Source: Phycisphaerales bacterium UBA5793
GTDB taxonomy: Bacteria > Planctomycetota > Phycisphaerae > Phycisphaerales > UBA5793
Length of the DNA stretch: 64,000 nt
NCBI GenBank assembly: GCA_002418285.1
Contig: DIDT01000018.1
Coordinates: 6,941-70,940 of the forward strand
Direction of reading: 5' to 3'
This document shows positions 9,893 to 20,510 of the stretch, in pieces. A model generated the notes under the pieces. The model saw only the letters and a list, made by a program, of their open reading frames with translations, had not been told where the DNA came from and did no database searches. How positions within the stretch are numbered: the stretch's first letter is position 1; each line of letters starts with the position of its first letter. The translations under genes were made by a program, and so were the position numbers.

Positions 9893-12800
9893 TCAGTTCA
9901 GCAATCGGGCTACCTCGTCGAGGCGGGTTTTCAAATCAGAGTCGTTCCGGTTCAGGTCTCCTCGCGAAGAAACCTGCCGGTACTCACTTTTTGCGTCGTC
10001 CGTCCGCCCGTCCCTGGCAAGGGCTTCAGCCAGACCAAGTCGCAGCATGGCGCTGCCCGGATCGAGGCTCAGGCCCCGGCGAAAGGTGTCCTGCGCCGCC
10101 GGGAGTTGTGCGAGCTGCACCTGGGCGGTGCCCATGGTGTCCATCAGATTGGCTCGAATAGCTGGAGGATACCCCCGTTGCTGCGCGCCGGAGATTGCAC
10201 GTGCGGAGAGGTCGAGCGCCTCCTGTGCCCTTCCGCCCGCTTGCAGGAGCATGTAGGCCAGGTTGTTCAGAAGGATGGGATCATCTGGGGAGCCTGTCAG
10301 CGCGCTCCGATACGACGACTCCGCCTTTTCGATCCGGCCCACACGGTGGTAGCAACTGGCCAGCGTGCCGAGGATGGCGGGGGGAGTCTTCGGATCGGTG
10401 GTCAGAGGTTCGAGTAGCGAGATGGCCTGCTCGAACTGGTCGGAGCGGTCCGTCCTCTGGCCCAGATCGGTTCGGACCTGCGCGATGCCAGCCCGCGTAT
10501 CGGGAGTTAACGGAATGAGCGGCTCGGCTCGATCGACCCAGGCAATGGCGGTCTCGGGAGACTGCGTGATTTCCGCTGCCAGCCGAACATATGCCTGAGC
10601 CCAGTCAGGGCTGTTTTGCGCGCGGGGCCAAATGAGGTCGTGCGCCTCATCGACCCGGTTCGCCTGGATCAGGATGCTCGCGTAGAGACCCAGTCGGGTT
10701 GGGAACTTGTCAGCCTCATCCTCAATGCGCTGAATCCACGGTTGGATTGCGGCCAGTGCTCGACTTGGATTGTCGTTGGCCCTCTCGATCTGGGCCAGGA
10801 GCAGTTCGGATCTTGAGAGTTGCTCCGTGTCCAGATTGCGCCAGCGCCCCGCGGCCGCCTTCGCATCATCCCAGCGTCCCGCATCAGCAAGTGTCGTGGC
10901 GAGGAGCTCGGCGGCTCGGACTGAAGCGGGCATCACTCGAACGGCGCCTTGGGCTGCGGTGATGGCCTCGTCGGCTTGACCATTGGCCATCAGCGCCGCT
11001 GAAAGCAACTGCCAGCCAAGGATCAGCCCCGGATCGCGATCCACGGCTGTTCTGAGACGCTTGATGTAGCCGCTGAGGTCGTTCGGATTGGCCTCGTAGT
11101 ACTGCATGGCGTCTGCCAGCCGCTTCATTGCCGGGCGGATGCTCTCGTCGACGAGCGCGTTCAGGATTCCCTCAATGGAGTCCGAGCCCAGTTGTCCCGA
11201 CTCGAGTGCCTCAAGAACGCTTTGCAATGCGACGAGCGACTCGTTACTTGGATCGATGGCCAGACCCGCGTCGACTGAACTCCTAGCCTGCTGCAGTTGT
11301 CTGTCGCGCACCTGGAGTTCGACCAGCTTGGCCCAATCGTCCGCGCTTCGCGAAGACTCGGCTTGTTTTCTCAGGATCTGGGCGGCGACATCAGTGCGGC
11401 CCAGCCGTTCGTAGTAGGATGACAGCGTGCCGGCGTACTCCGATGCGTCGAGTTGCGACTCGAGGGGTTGAAGTATGGCGAGACCTTGCTCGACGCCGTC
11501 GGCGGCTGCAAAGAAGTTCGCCGCCGCGATTCGCATCTCGGTGTCGACCGTCGCCGCGGCCAGGAGTTGATCAAACAGCCGACGGGCATCACTGGTTTGG
11601 CCGTTCCGGCCATAAAGGATTGCCAATCGGAGCTGATCGGTCGGTTCACTCGCGGCGGCGACAAGTGCTTTGCAGTCCTTGATCGCTTCCGGCAACATCC
11701 CCTGCCTCGTCAGTTGGTCGACGCGCCGTCGCTGCAGCGGAGCATTGAGTGTGCCGACGCCAACAAACTGCTTGAGCAATTGTGCGGCTTCGCTTGCCCT
11801 CCCCGCGGACTGGAGCAAGTCAATGGTCTGGATGTAGAGCAGCGGATTATTGGGCTGAAGTTCGATTGCACGTGATAGAGAACGAATCGCCCCCGCGCGA
11901 TCATCGAGCATGAGCAGAGCATCTGATGTGAGCATCAGGGCTCTGACGTTCGAAATGGGCGGTTGCGTGAGCGGGGTCAGTTTCACAACCACTTCGGAAG
12001 CAACCGAGTTTTCGGGAGCAAACGCCAGCATTCTCTGAGCATCAGCCAGGATCCAGCGAGAGCCCTGCTCTCCCGTGATCGCCTTCAAGCGTTCGATCGC
12101 TGTGGTAATGACGTCTTCGCTCTTCCAGGCCGCACGCGAGTCCAGAAGCGATTGCTGCGCCTCTGGCTCGTTGGGATACGCTTTGGCGATTCGTTCGAAC
12201 TCAGGGAGCGCACTATCGTCGTTCATCGAATCCAGAAATCTTGCGTACGCGACTTCGCACCGCATTTTCTGTGCCGGATTGGTCGCGTTCGCGACCGCTT
12301 CTTTCAAGGCGGCGCGGGCCTGCTCGGGAGATGCCGGTTCGGCTCCGCTGTTCAGTTGCAGGGCCACCAGGTCCGGCCCTGCCTCCTTCACTCGACTTGC
12401 GATCGCCAGAAGTGGCTCCACGAGCGACGGCGCGTTCCGCTTACACGCTTGCACCAGGTCCACAAGCACGGCAGCGGCGGGAAGTTGCTCTGAAGCGGTC
12501 ATGCGATCGATGACTTGCTGCGCATCCTCAAGGTGGCGGACTGCCACATACGTGCGCGCCAGCAGCGCCTGCACATCCGGTTGGTCGGGCGCCTGCGTCG
12601 ACATCTCCTCGAGAATGGTGACGGCTCCATTCTCGATTCTCGAGTCACCCTTGCCGGCGTCGATCATTGCGATGTAGATGCGAGCAAGAGTCAGAACTTC
12701 CGCAGCAGCCGGGTTGGATATCACTGCACGTTCCGCGGCGAATCGAGCGCTGTCGAGCCGGCCTTGATCAAGCAGTGATGTGGCCAGCATCATTTGGGCA

Positions 12801-14065
12801 CGCGAAGCGGTGGGGTCGATGGCCACTGCCTGCATGAGAGTTGACACGGCCATATCGATTTCGCCCAGCCGCTGATAGACCTCGCCGAGCGACGACCACA
12901 CCAGACCCTCGTTGTCGCGCACGGATCGGGCGTCCATCAGGCGCGATCTCGCCTTGCCATAGTCTTGGGAATTGATCAATTCGCGGCTGTCCAGCATGGC
13001 GTGCCAGAACTGAGCATCATCGTCGCTTCGGTTGGCCAGTTCTCGGCCGGGTTCGGAGACCTTCCAGTTTCCCTCCGTCGGCAACATGGCCAACGCCATC
13101 CATCCCAACAAGTCAGAAGTCGCATCGGTCATTGACCCGGTACGTTTCAGCGCTTGATCTTTCGCGCGATCTGTCTTGCCGGTCTTCCACGCTCGTTCGA
13201 TGAGGAAGACGAACACCTCGTCCTGGAATCGGACGTCAGCCAGCGCACGGTCGAGCAACGCATCCGCATCTGCGTGCATTCCGATGAGGTCAAGTGTCCG
13301 CACCAGATCGAGCAACAGATCTGGGTCTGAGATCTCAAGTGACAAAGCTTTCTTTGCTGCGTCGGTGGCCTCCTCGCGGTCGCCAAAGGCGGCCATCGTT
13401 CTGATCTGCAGGGTGGCGAGAGCGACGTCTTCCGGCCACTTCTGCGCGAGATCGGCAACGTAGGCGAGAATCTCTGATGAGGGCGTGGCGTCGAGCCGCA
13501 TCATTTCAACCCGGTTGGCGTGACCGACCGGATCCCTGGGATAGCCGGCAAGTAAATCCTCGATCGCCTGTCCGACCTCGTTGGTGCGTCCGAGGGCTGA
13601 GAGACACTCGATCTTTGCCAGATGTGCTGCATGATGATTTGGATCGAGCGAGAGCAGCCGATTGGCCGTCTCGAGTCTCTCCGTGATGAAAGCGGTCTTT
13701 CGATACAGATCCAAGAGAAGTTCGAGGGGTCTCTTGTCATTTGGGTTTCGAGTGGTCGCTTCGCGAGCGTAGGGAATGGCCGCGGCAATGTGGCGGTCAT
13801 TCTCGAGTGGAATGCGCTGCCGCGCGTCTGCGACACGATACAAGACCTCCGGATCTTCGCGGTGCTCAGAAAGCGACTTGCCCAGGCCCCGCAGAGCGCT
13901 CTCGTAGTCGCCGGCCTCGTACGCCGCCATGCCATCTCTATATGCATCCGCCAGTTGCTGTGCGTGGCGCGCTTCGCGAATGAAATACGCAGCGCCTGCG
14001 GCAATACCAACCACACCAACGACGGTAACGAGGATGAAGAGACGCTTTTTTCCGCGTCGAGTCAT
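9893..14065 (-). CDS. Large membrane-anchored TPR protein (PrsT-like, exosortase-system associated)
   Basis: N-terminal basic patch + TM; Ala/Leu helical repeats; ILLNNLAY...LMDTMG TPR end; ~1390 aa. Confidence 0.85.
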   Translation of the reverse strand: MTRRGKKRLFILVTVVGVVGIAAGAAYFIREARHAQQLADAYRDGMAAYEAGDYESALRGLGKSLSEHREDPEVLYRVADARQRIPLENDRHIAAAIPYAREATTRNPNDKRPLELLLDLYRKTAFITERLETANRLLSLDPNHHAAHLAKIECLSALGRTNEVGQAIEDLLAGYPRDPVGHANRVEMMRLDATPSSEILAYVADLAQKWPEDVALATLQIRTMAAFGDREEATDAAKKALSLEISDPDLLLDLVRTLDLIGMHADADALLDRALADVRFQDEVFVFLIERAWKTGKTDRAKDQALKRTGSMTDATSDLLGWMALAMLPTEGNWKVSEPGRELANRSDDDAQFWHAMLDSRELINSQDYGKARSRLMDARSVRDNEGLVWSSLGEVYQRLGEIDMAVSTLMQAVAIDPTASRAQMMLATSLLDQGRLDSARFAAERAVISNPAAAEVLTLARIYIAMIDAGKGDSRIENGAVTILEEMSTQAPDQPDVQALLARTYVAVRHLEDAQQVIDRMTASEQLPAAAVLVDLVQACKRNAPSLVEPLLAIASRVKEAGPDLVALQLNSGAEPASPEQARAALKEAVANATNPAQKMRCEVAYARFLDSMNDDSALPEFERIAKAYPNEPEAQQSLLDSRAAWKSEDVITTAIERLKAITGEQGSRWILADAQRMLAFAPENSVASEVVVKLTPLTQPPISNVRALMLTSDALLMLDDRAGAIRSLSRAIELQPNNPLLYIQTIDLLQSAGRASEAAQLLKQFVGVGTLNAPLQRRRVDQLTRQGMLPEAIKDCKALVAAASEPTDQLRLAILYGRNGQTSDARRLFDQLLAAATVDTEMRIAAANFFAAADGVEQGLAILQPLESQLDASEYAGTLSSYYERLGRTDVAAQILRKQAESSRSADDWAKLVELQVRDRQLQQARSSVDAGLAIDPSNESLVALQSVLEALESGQLGSDSIEGILNALVDESIRPAMKRLADAMQYYEANPNDLSGYIKRLRTAVDRDPGLILGWQLLSAALMANGQADEAITAAQGAVRVMPASVRAAELLATTLADAGRWDDAKAAAGRWRNLDTEQLSRSELLLAQIERANDNPSRALAAIQPWIQRIEDEADKFPTRLGLYASILIQANRVDEAHDLIWPRAQNSPDWAQAYVRLAAEITQSPETAIAWVDRAEPLIPLTPDTRAGIAQVRTDLGQRTDRSDQFEQAISLLEPLTTDPKTPPAILGTLASCYHRVGRIEKAESSYRSALTGSPDDPILLNNLAYMLLQAGGRAQEALDLSARAISGAQQRGYPPAIRANLMDTMGTAQVQLAQLPAAQDTFRRGLSLDPGSAMLRLGLAEALARDGRTDDAKSEYRQVSSRGDLNRNDSDLKTRLDEVARLLN

Positions 14066-14095
14066 TTCAAACTCCACATCTTGCAGATCTTGAGA

Positions 14096-15568
14096 TCAAG
14101 TGAGTATCTTGCGGATCGTCTGGAAGATGATCCAGAGATCGAGCCGCCAATTCTGGTTCTGGACGTATTCAAGGTCGTATCGAATCCACTCTTGGAAGTC
14201 GTTCTCGGGTCGCCGCGTGCGCTGGACCTGCCAGAGCCCCGTCACTCCCGGGCGAACGCTCAGGCGAGCCTCGCGCCATGTGGGGCAGAACTGATTCTCC
14301 TTCTCAGGACTCGGTCGCGGACCGACGACGCTCATGTGGCCGAGCAGCACATTCCAGAACTGCGGTAGCTCGTCCAGGTGGTACTTCCGGAGAATGCGGC
14401 CGACGCGAAGCACGCGCGGATCGTCGTCGATGTGAAATTGTGGACCATCGCAGACGTTGGCCTTGGCAAGCTCGGCCTTCATGGATTCCGCGTTCTTCAG
14501 CATCGTACGGAACTTGTAGCAGGGGAATTCACGTCCGCCAATTGTCTGGCGCATGTGGCTGAAGAACGGCGGCCAACCATCTTCATTCAAGATAGCCGCG
14601 ATCACAATCGGGTAGACGATGGCGGTTGCCGCGAGGGCGGCGCTGGCAAAGGCGATATCAAAGAGGCGCTTACCGGGGCGAGACAGGGGGGCTACATCGC
14701 CACGAGTGAAGCGACTGCGCGAGGCAAAGCGGATGTACTCCCAATCGATCGGCTTGGTTTCAATCTGAGTCTCAGGATTGTCGGCGACACCTCCCGGCCC
14801 CACGATGACTTCAGTCGGACCGACTTTTGCACCGGCTCCGATCCAGAGCGGCGCGATCAGCCTCGCCTCGGGCGAAACCCGCGCCTCTTCGTGGACCCAG
14901 ATTCCGGGACTGAACTCGTATACGCCGTCGAGCGTGGCGCCTGGCCGGTGCCAGAGGCGCTGGAGCAGCAGGAGAAGCTGATCAACACGCATGGCGTCGG
15001 CAATGCTTTGAAACAGACGCGCGTGGGCAACAGCCGGAACGATGGGGTCTTTTGTCAGCCGGGTCTTTATGTTCCGTTTGGCCTCTGCTGTGGTTTCGCA
15101 CCTGGCCCATGCTCGCGCGAGACTGCCGTCGGCTGTCAGCCAGGCCTGCTGGGTGGCGCTCGATCGGCTGTGATAGTGTCGGCGGATGCACTTGAGCAGG
15201 CCCTGCTCATCAGTCTCTACCGTCTCGACGTAGGGCTCGGGCTCTTGCTCAATGAGTCGGAGTCGCATGGCGCGTGGCTTGAGCCAACTGAACCGGTCGA
15301 GCAGTGGCGCAATTCTGAAGAGCACGAGGTCATCTGAACCCAGCAGCAGGTAGAAGTCGCCCCGATGTCGCTTGCCTGGACCTTCCTTGGGTGCAGTGGG
15401 GTGGTGGCCGTTCGTTCGATCCAGCAGCATGCCAGGGCGGACGACTTGTACGCCCCGCGATGCCCAGAACCGATCGTGAAGCTCCGTGTGGTCAAACCCC
15501 CAGAACACTGGAGGGGATGACTCGGGCGCGCGTGCCTCTGTTTCGACTTGTCGAGTGAGGAGACTCAC
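14096..15568 (-). CDS. Priming polyprenyl glycosylphosphotransferase with an extended N-terminal domain
   Basis: [49 protein letters not shown]. Confidence 0.92.
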   Translation of the reverse strand: MSLLTRQVETEARAPESSPPVFWGFDHTELHDRFWASRGVQVVRPGMLLDRTNGHHPTAPKEGPGKRHRGDFYLLLGSDDLVLFRIAPLLDRFSWLKPRAMRLRLIEQEPEPYVETVETDEQGLLKCIRRHYHSRSSATQQAWLTADGSLARAWARCETTAEAKRNIKTRLTKDPIVPAVAHARLFQSIADAMRVDQLLLLLQRLWHRPGATLDGVYEFSPGIWVHEEARVSPEARLIAPLWIGAGAKVGPTEVIVGPGGVADNPETQIETKPIDWEYIRFASRSRFTRGDVAPLSRPGKRLFDIAFASAALAATAIVYPIVIAAILNEDGWPPFFSHMRQTIGGREFPCYKFRTMLKNAESMKAELAKANVCDGPQFHIDDDPRVLRVGRILRKYHLDELPQFWNVLLGHMSVVGPRPSPEKENQFCPTWREARLSVRPGVTGLWQVQRTRRPENDFQEWIRYDLEYVQNQNWRLDLWIIFQTIRKILT

Positions 15569-17850
15569 TTTGTGGACTTGGTGTCCTTGGCGTCCGGGGC
15601 TTGGCCGCTCATCAGAATGGCCCGGACCAGAGCGTGACGTGATTCGGCACTAGATTCCGGACCTGCCTCACCGTTGGATCGCATGCTCTGTGAATGGAAC
15701 GAAATGGTGCTCATGCTGCTGCGCAAATCGCTGGCGGTGGCTCGGTTGAAGACCAGGCCAGCACAGTTGGCGCCGATTGAGCGGAGACGGCCAAGTGCGG
15801 CGCGTAGGAGTCGAGGATCCTGACCACGGGGTACCGTCAATACAACGCGATCGACGACAGTTGCGAGGACGTTGGCCTCCAGACTGCCCATTAAGGGACC
15901 GGTGTCAACCAGGATCACGTCGTAGCGCGAGCGGGCTTCATCGAGGAGTTCCTGCATGCGTTCGGTGGCCAGATGTTCGGCTTCAACAGCGGCTCCCGAT
16001 TGGGTGTGGCCATTCTGTTGTACGCCATTTCGCGACGAGAGCCCGGCCGGCATGACGGAAAGATTCGTGATCCGCGAGTGAAAGACAAAGTCCTCGAGCG
16101 AACCGGATCCCGCGACCTGCCGGAGCCCGACCTTGCCATCCATTCGCATTGTGGGCGTGAGGCCGTGGCCGATAAGGTCGGCATCGATCATCAGGACTGT
16201 GCTGCCCTGCGCTGCGAACGACATACCAAGCGCCACGGCGAGACTGGTCTTGCCATCTCCGGGACGGGCGCTGGTGACCATGAAGGCCGTCCCGCCCTTC
16301 TTGCGGGGGCGGGACTGCATGGTCAGCATGTTGCGCAAGTGGTGGACGCTGAGCGTGGCGAGCGATTCCAGATCGTCATCTTTGCTGTTGAGGTTGGGCA
16401 GTGTCCCGAGAACAGGAACCAGTGTCTCAGCTTCCTCGATCTCGTCGAGATAGCGATAGCTTGGCTTGAGCAGGCCAACGAGGAGGACCAATCCGATTCC
16501 AAAACCGGCGCCGGCCATGCCGCCAAGCGCGGCAAGTTGCAGGCGACGATCCTTGGAGGGCTGGCCAGGAAGGTCGCCAAAGATCGGTGTGATGCGACCC
16601 TGTTGGATGTTCTGTCTCTCGACAGATATCTGCTCCAATGCCTGATTCGTCTCGGCCAAGCGGTTCTGGATGGTTTCGCTTTCCTCTTTGAGCGCGTTGA
16701 TTTGAAGACGAGCCTGGCCCACTCTCAGCACCTCCTCTTGGAGTGCGGTTTGGCTCTCTTTCATTCGTGCGAGCAACGCCTTGGCCTGAGGCAGCGATGT
16801 TTCCGTAAGGACAGGCGTTGCACCTGGCGCAATTGCAGTTCCATTCTCAACCCAGGAACGAATGAGGGCGTAGCGACTCTCGACGCGGGCATCAATTACC
16901 TTTCGGTCTTCTTCCAACCGCTTTGTCTGCATGTGTCGCGGGCCGAAGCGTTGCGCCATCTTAATCTGGGCATCCAGCTCTTCGCGTTGTGAGAGCAGCT
17001 GCCCCAATTCAGCGTCGAGCGTTGCCAAGTGCTCAACTGATAGATCGGCACCAGTATCCGCCTGCTCGTCGTCGGGTGCAGCATTAGACTCCATCTGCGC
17101 GATAAGCTGCTCCTGCTGACCGACTTGTCGTTCGAGGTCTAGCAAGTCATTCAGCCGCACTTTAGAGATCTCATCAAGCTCATCCGTGCCGAATCTCGCT
17201 CCTTCTTGGAGAATCAAATCGCGCTTGAGCTTGAGTTGTGAGTCGAGCGAGTCGCGGCGATGCCCCAGCGCGGTTTCGCGAGCCTGAATCTCTGTCCCAC
17301 CAACTTCTCCGTAGATCTCTCGGTAGGCTCCGATTATCGCATTCACAGCCTGTTCCGCCTGCTTGGGATCGTCCAGCGTTGCTTGAATGGTGATGACCTG
17401 AGAACCTCGCCGATAATTCACGGAGATACACCGACGAAGCTTGGACCTTCCTCTGATCCCCGGAGGCCAACCGACTTCGAGCAGCTTCCGGTCCTCGACG
17501 GCCTTATCCAGCACACGCGGAGACTGCAGAAAGGTGGCTTGAGCGGAAACGAAAGACTCGAAGAGTGGAGGAGTTTCATTCTCCTCAGTTCGATAGAGCG
17601 TACGCTGGATTGTGGGCAAGATTTGAACCATTCCCTCGCTGGTGTATTGAGGTACCGTCGACGTGTAGCCGGCGATCACACCGGCCGCGCCTAGAATCGA
17701 CGCGAGGCCAAGTGCGATTGGATACCGACCGCGAAGTCGGCGATGCAGCAATGTGACCGCACCGGTTGAATGCGGCTCTTCGCCCTGCTGAGATAGCGAC
17801 GGACTCGCTACCTGCACGCGATGTACTTGCAGCTCACTCTCGGAGTTCAT
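15565..17850 (-). CDS. Wzc-like polysaccharide co-polymerase with BY-kinase-type ATPase domain
   Basis: Two TMs around a coiled coil; PGDGKTS, IDADL, ILVDTGP. Confidence 0.9.
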   Translation of the reverse strand: MNSESELQVHRVQVASPSLSQQGEEPHSTGAVTLLHRRLRGRYPIALGLASILGAAGVIAGYTSTVPQYTSEGMVQILPTIQRTLYRTEENETPPLFESFVSAQATFLQSPRVLDKAVEDRKLLEVGWPPGIRGRSKLRRCISVNYRRGSQVITIQATLDDPKQAEQAVNAIIGAYREIYGEVGGTEIQARETALGHRRDSLDSQLKLKRDLILQEGARFGTDELDEISKVRLNDLLDLERQVGQQEQLIAQMESNAAPDDEQADTGADLSVEHLATLDAELGQLLSQREELDAQIKMAQRFGPRHMQTKRLEEDRKVIDARVESRYALIRSWVENGTAIAPGATPVLTETSLPQAKALLARMKESQTALQEEVLRVGQARLQINALKEESETIQNRLAETNQALEQISVERQNIQQGRITPIFGDLPGQPSKDRRLQLAALGGMAGAGFGIGLVLLVGLLKPSYRYLDEIEEAETLVPVLGTLPNLNSKDDDLESLATLSVHHLRNMLTMQSRPRKKGGTAFMVTSARPGDGKTSLAVALGMSFAAQGSTVLMIDADLIGHGLTPTMRMDGKVGLRQVAGSGSLEDFVFHSRITNLSVMPAGLSSRNGVQQNGHTQSGAAVEAEHLATERMQELLDEARSRYDVILVDTGPLMGSLEANVLATVVDRVVLTVPRGQDPRLLRAALGRLRSIGANCAGLVFNRATASDLRSSMSTISFHSQSMRSNGEAGPESSAESRHALVRAILMSGQAPDAKDTKSTK

Positions 17851-18539
17851 TTCACACCTTCTTGGACTGTCTGCACGACCGGCTCGACGGCCTCGAGGAT
17901 CTTTGAGATCATGAGATTCTTCGTTGCTTGAGACTGCGAAGCAGGGGTGAGAATCTGGACTTGTGCAGCTCCTAATCCAGCCGCCTGTGGATTCTTGGCC
18001 GCGTTCGAGAGCGCGTCCATCTCACTCACGATCCCTTCGCTGTTTGGTACTGCAAAGAAGCTGACGATCTCAATTGTCTCTCGGGTACCTCGATTTGTTC
18101 TCGAAAAGACGTAAAAGCGCGCTTGTTGCTCGCGCCCGTCGAACGTGATCCCCATGAGTTCACTCGAATCGAGATTCCAGCCGTGTGATGGATAGCAGTT
18201 TGGAGGAAAGTGGCCCTGCATATCGCGAATATCGGTACAGTGAACGATCGACAAGCTCGCTTTTTGGCCCGTGGTAGGATCCTGATACGTCCGTTGAAGC
18301 ATCTTGTTGGGTCGGAGCATCTGCACTTCGACTTCTGTGTAGGGCAGGTTCATTCCGAACCAGTCGCCAACTACATATGGAACGGCATCGATCTGTGCAG
18401 CGACTCTGTCAAAGTACTCCTGAGCACCGGCGGGTGTTCCCTGTCCAATATTCCCCAAGGTCATGATCGCGATGAGCAACAGCAGTGTGCCGCCCGGTAT
18501 GCTGACGGAGCGGATCGTGCGCTTCGAAGCCGTTGCCAT
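17847..18539 (-). CDS. epsI: Exosortase-associated EpsI-family protein
   Basis: Follows the exosortase; N-terminal TM, LQRTY, GHFPPNCYPSHGW motif. Confidence 0.8.
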   Translation of the reverse strand: MATASKRTIRSVSIPGGTLLLLIAIMTLGNIGQGTPAGAQEYFDRVAAQIDAVPYVVGDWFGMNLPYTEVEVQMLRPNKMLQRTYQDPTTGQKASLSIVHCTDIRDMQGHFPPNCYPSHGWNLDSSELMGITFDGREQQARFYVFSRTNRGTRETIEIVSFFAVPNSEGIVSEMDALSNAAKNPQAAGLGAAQVQILTPASQSQATKNLMISKILEAVEPVVQTVQEGVK

Positions 18540-19414
18540 TAATCTTCCTCCCCGACTGGATGCGGTGAGACTGCGATCTCCAGCCATCGCAGCAGTCCCA
18601 GAGTGGCCCAGAGGATCGCCAGCGCAACGAAGAGCATGATCCATCCGCTGGCCTCATGGAATGCGTCAGCCACTCCGGCGCTCGAATAGCCATAGAGCAG
18701 CACGGTTGGTACGAGTCGGATGACGTTGACGAGCAGAGCAATTAGCGGACTGATGATCAGGAAAAACAACCGAATGCGTTGTCGCATGGGCACCGAGAAC
18801 ACAAACGCGAAGGTAATCAGCAGCAGAGCCGTAACCATGCGCATTCCGTTGCAGGCTTCGGCAACTGCAACCTCGTGACCATTGATTGTCAACACGCTAC
18901 CACCACGTTCGAGCGGTACTCCGATGACGTTGAGCAGATAGTGGGTGATCTGTGCCGTATGTTCCTGCAGCGGCAGGGCAACTGCCTGGCGTATGCGGCC
19001 CGGCACAGGGAGGACAAACATCAGGGCGGCGGCCGCTGGCAGAAACAGTCGGACGATTCCGGGGCCAAGCATCGTCAGGGCAGCACCGCATACGATTAGC
19101 AGTGCTCCACCGTGCTGAGCAATGATGATCCCTTGCTCATAGCCCACGCGAATACTGATCCATCCGATGATTATCACCAGCGGCCCAAGCACGCTGACCT
19201 GAGGTTGCGCAAATCGGATGCGCTCTCGTCGTACCCAGATGAGCCAGGCGGCGACGAATGGAGCCAGTATCAGATGTGAATTCTCAGGATCGCGCCAGCC
19301 GATGGATAAGATGTCCCTCCAGAGATCGGCGGTGGCTGCTACTGCAACAAGTGTGAGCACACCCAGCCACAGGCCAATGGAGAAGTCCCAGTTGCGACGG
19401 AGAGTGGTCAACAC
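18539..19414 (-). CDS. xrt: Exosortase (EpsH/Xrt family)
   Basis: Multi-TM; SHLILAP, VAEACNGMR (Cys), NVIR (Arg), FHEASG (His). Confidence 0.93.
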   Translation of the reverse strand: MLTTLRRNWDFSIGLWLGVLTLVAVAATADLWRDILSIGWRDPENSHLILAPFVAAWLIWVRRERIRFAQPQVSVLGPLVIIIGWISIRVGYEQGIIIAQHGGALLIVCGAALTMLGPGIVRLFLPAAAALMFVLPVPGRIRQAVALPLQEHTAQITHYLLNVIGVPLERGGSVLTINGHEVAVAEACNGMRMVTALLLITFAFVFSVPMRQRIRLFFLIISPLIALLVNVIRLVPTVLLYGYSSAGVADAFHEASGWIMLFVALAILWATLGLLRWLEIAVSPHPVGEED

Positions 19415-19416
19415 AA

Positions 19417-20463
19417 TTACTCCCGTTCCGTTTCCTTGGGTTTCGAATTCACTCGGACCGTTTCTTCCGACCCGACTATGGAATCCACCACTCGGGCTCC
19501 CGAGGGAACGACGGCGTTACTGCAAACGATAGATCGAGTCACGATACTTGACGCACCGATTGATGCTCCGGGCATGATGATTGAGTCTACTACGATGGCA
19601 CTTTCGTGCACAGACGCGCCAGATGCGATGCAGTTTGTCCCTCCACAATGTGAGTTTGAGACAACGGCATCAAACCGCAGTGAGCTTTGGTGGGGACCAG
19701 CAGATTGACTGGCTGCTCTCGCGGCTTGCAGAAGGTGCTCATGGGTCCGAAGAGGGTGCGAGTATCCAACGGCGAGTCGAATCGCGCCAACGCGGTGGTC
19801 ACTCTCAAGTACCTTGTTGAGCCATTGCTCCTTTAGATCCATGTAGCCCTCACGTTGGACATACCTGAGCAATCCCCGTGGAATGACGTACACACCGGCA
19901 GGTGTATCATCCGGGTTAACGAGGACGGTGGCATCGAAGCTGTTTGCCCGATGGTGCGTGATGATGCCGCTCAGATCGAAATTTGGACAACGTGCGGCTT
20001 CGGCTACTAGTAGCAGCGCGCTGTCATCAAGGTGACTGGAGACATCGCATACCACGCCAGCAGCACCGCGATAGGACTGTTTGTCGAATACAACCTCAAT
20101 CCGCCGGTCCGCTTGGTCCGCGCGGATACTCGGTGCGGGAGTGCCTCCCCCGCTGGCGATGATGATGGATATCTCATCTGATATAGGGCCGCGGAGGGCA
20201 TCGATTGCCATTAGCCACCGATCCAGCACCGTCGACTCGCCCGGACCAACGAGCAAGTCCAGCACAGAGCAATGCGTGGCCTCGGCTAGTGGCGACGCGG
20301 TGAGTCCACCTCCGAGAAGAATAAACGCCTCAACGCGATCACTGGTCGCGCTATCAACCGCCTCAAACTCGGGCACAGGTTGCTGAAGGGAACTGACTTG
20401 ATCTGCTTGCAAATGGGACATGTCGAGACTTGCAGAATCAGCTTCGTTGCAGGAACTCATCAA
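19417..20463 (-). CDS. Nucleotidyltransferase-like protein with C-terminal hexapeptide repeats (degenerate)
   Basis: ILLGGG at the N-terminus, YRGAAG, AGVY, left-handed beta-helix tail IASGASVHESAIVVDSIIMPGASIG. Confidence 0.7.
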   Translation of the reverse strand: MMSSCNEADSASLDMSHLQADQVSSLQQPVPEFEAVDSATSDRVEAFILLGGGLTASPLAEATHCSVLDLLVGPGESTVLDRWLMAIDALRGPISDEISIIIASGGGTPAPSIRADQADRRIEVVFDKQSYRGAAGVVCDVSSHLDDSALLLVAEAARCPNFDLSGIITHHRANSFDATVLVNPDDTPAGVYVIPRGLLRYVQREGYMDLKEQWLNKVLESDHRVGAIRLAVGYSHPLRTHEHLLQAARAASQSAGPHQSSLRFDAVVSNSHCGGTNCIASGASVHESAIVVDSIIMPGASIGASSIVTRSIVCSNAVVPSGARVVDSIVGSEETVRVNSKPKETERE

Positions 20464-20510
20464 AGGTCAAGGACGCGTTCATCCAGTCTTGTGTGCCATA
20501 TGGAGCAGTT

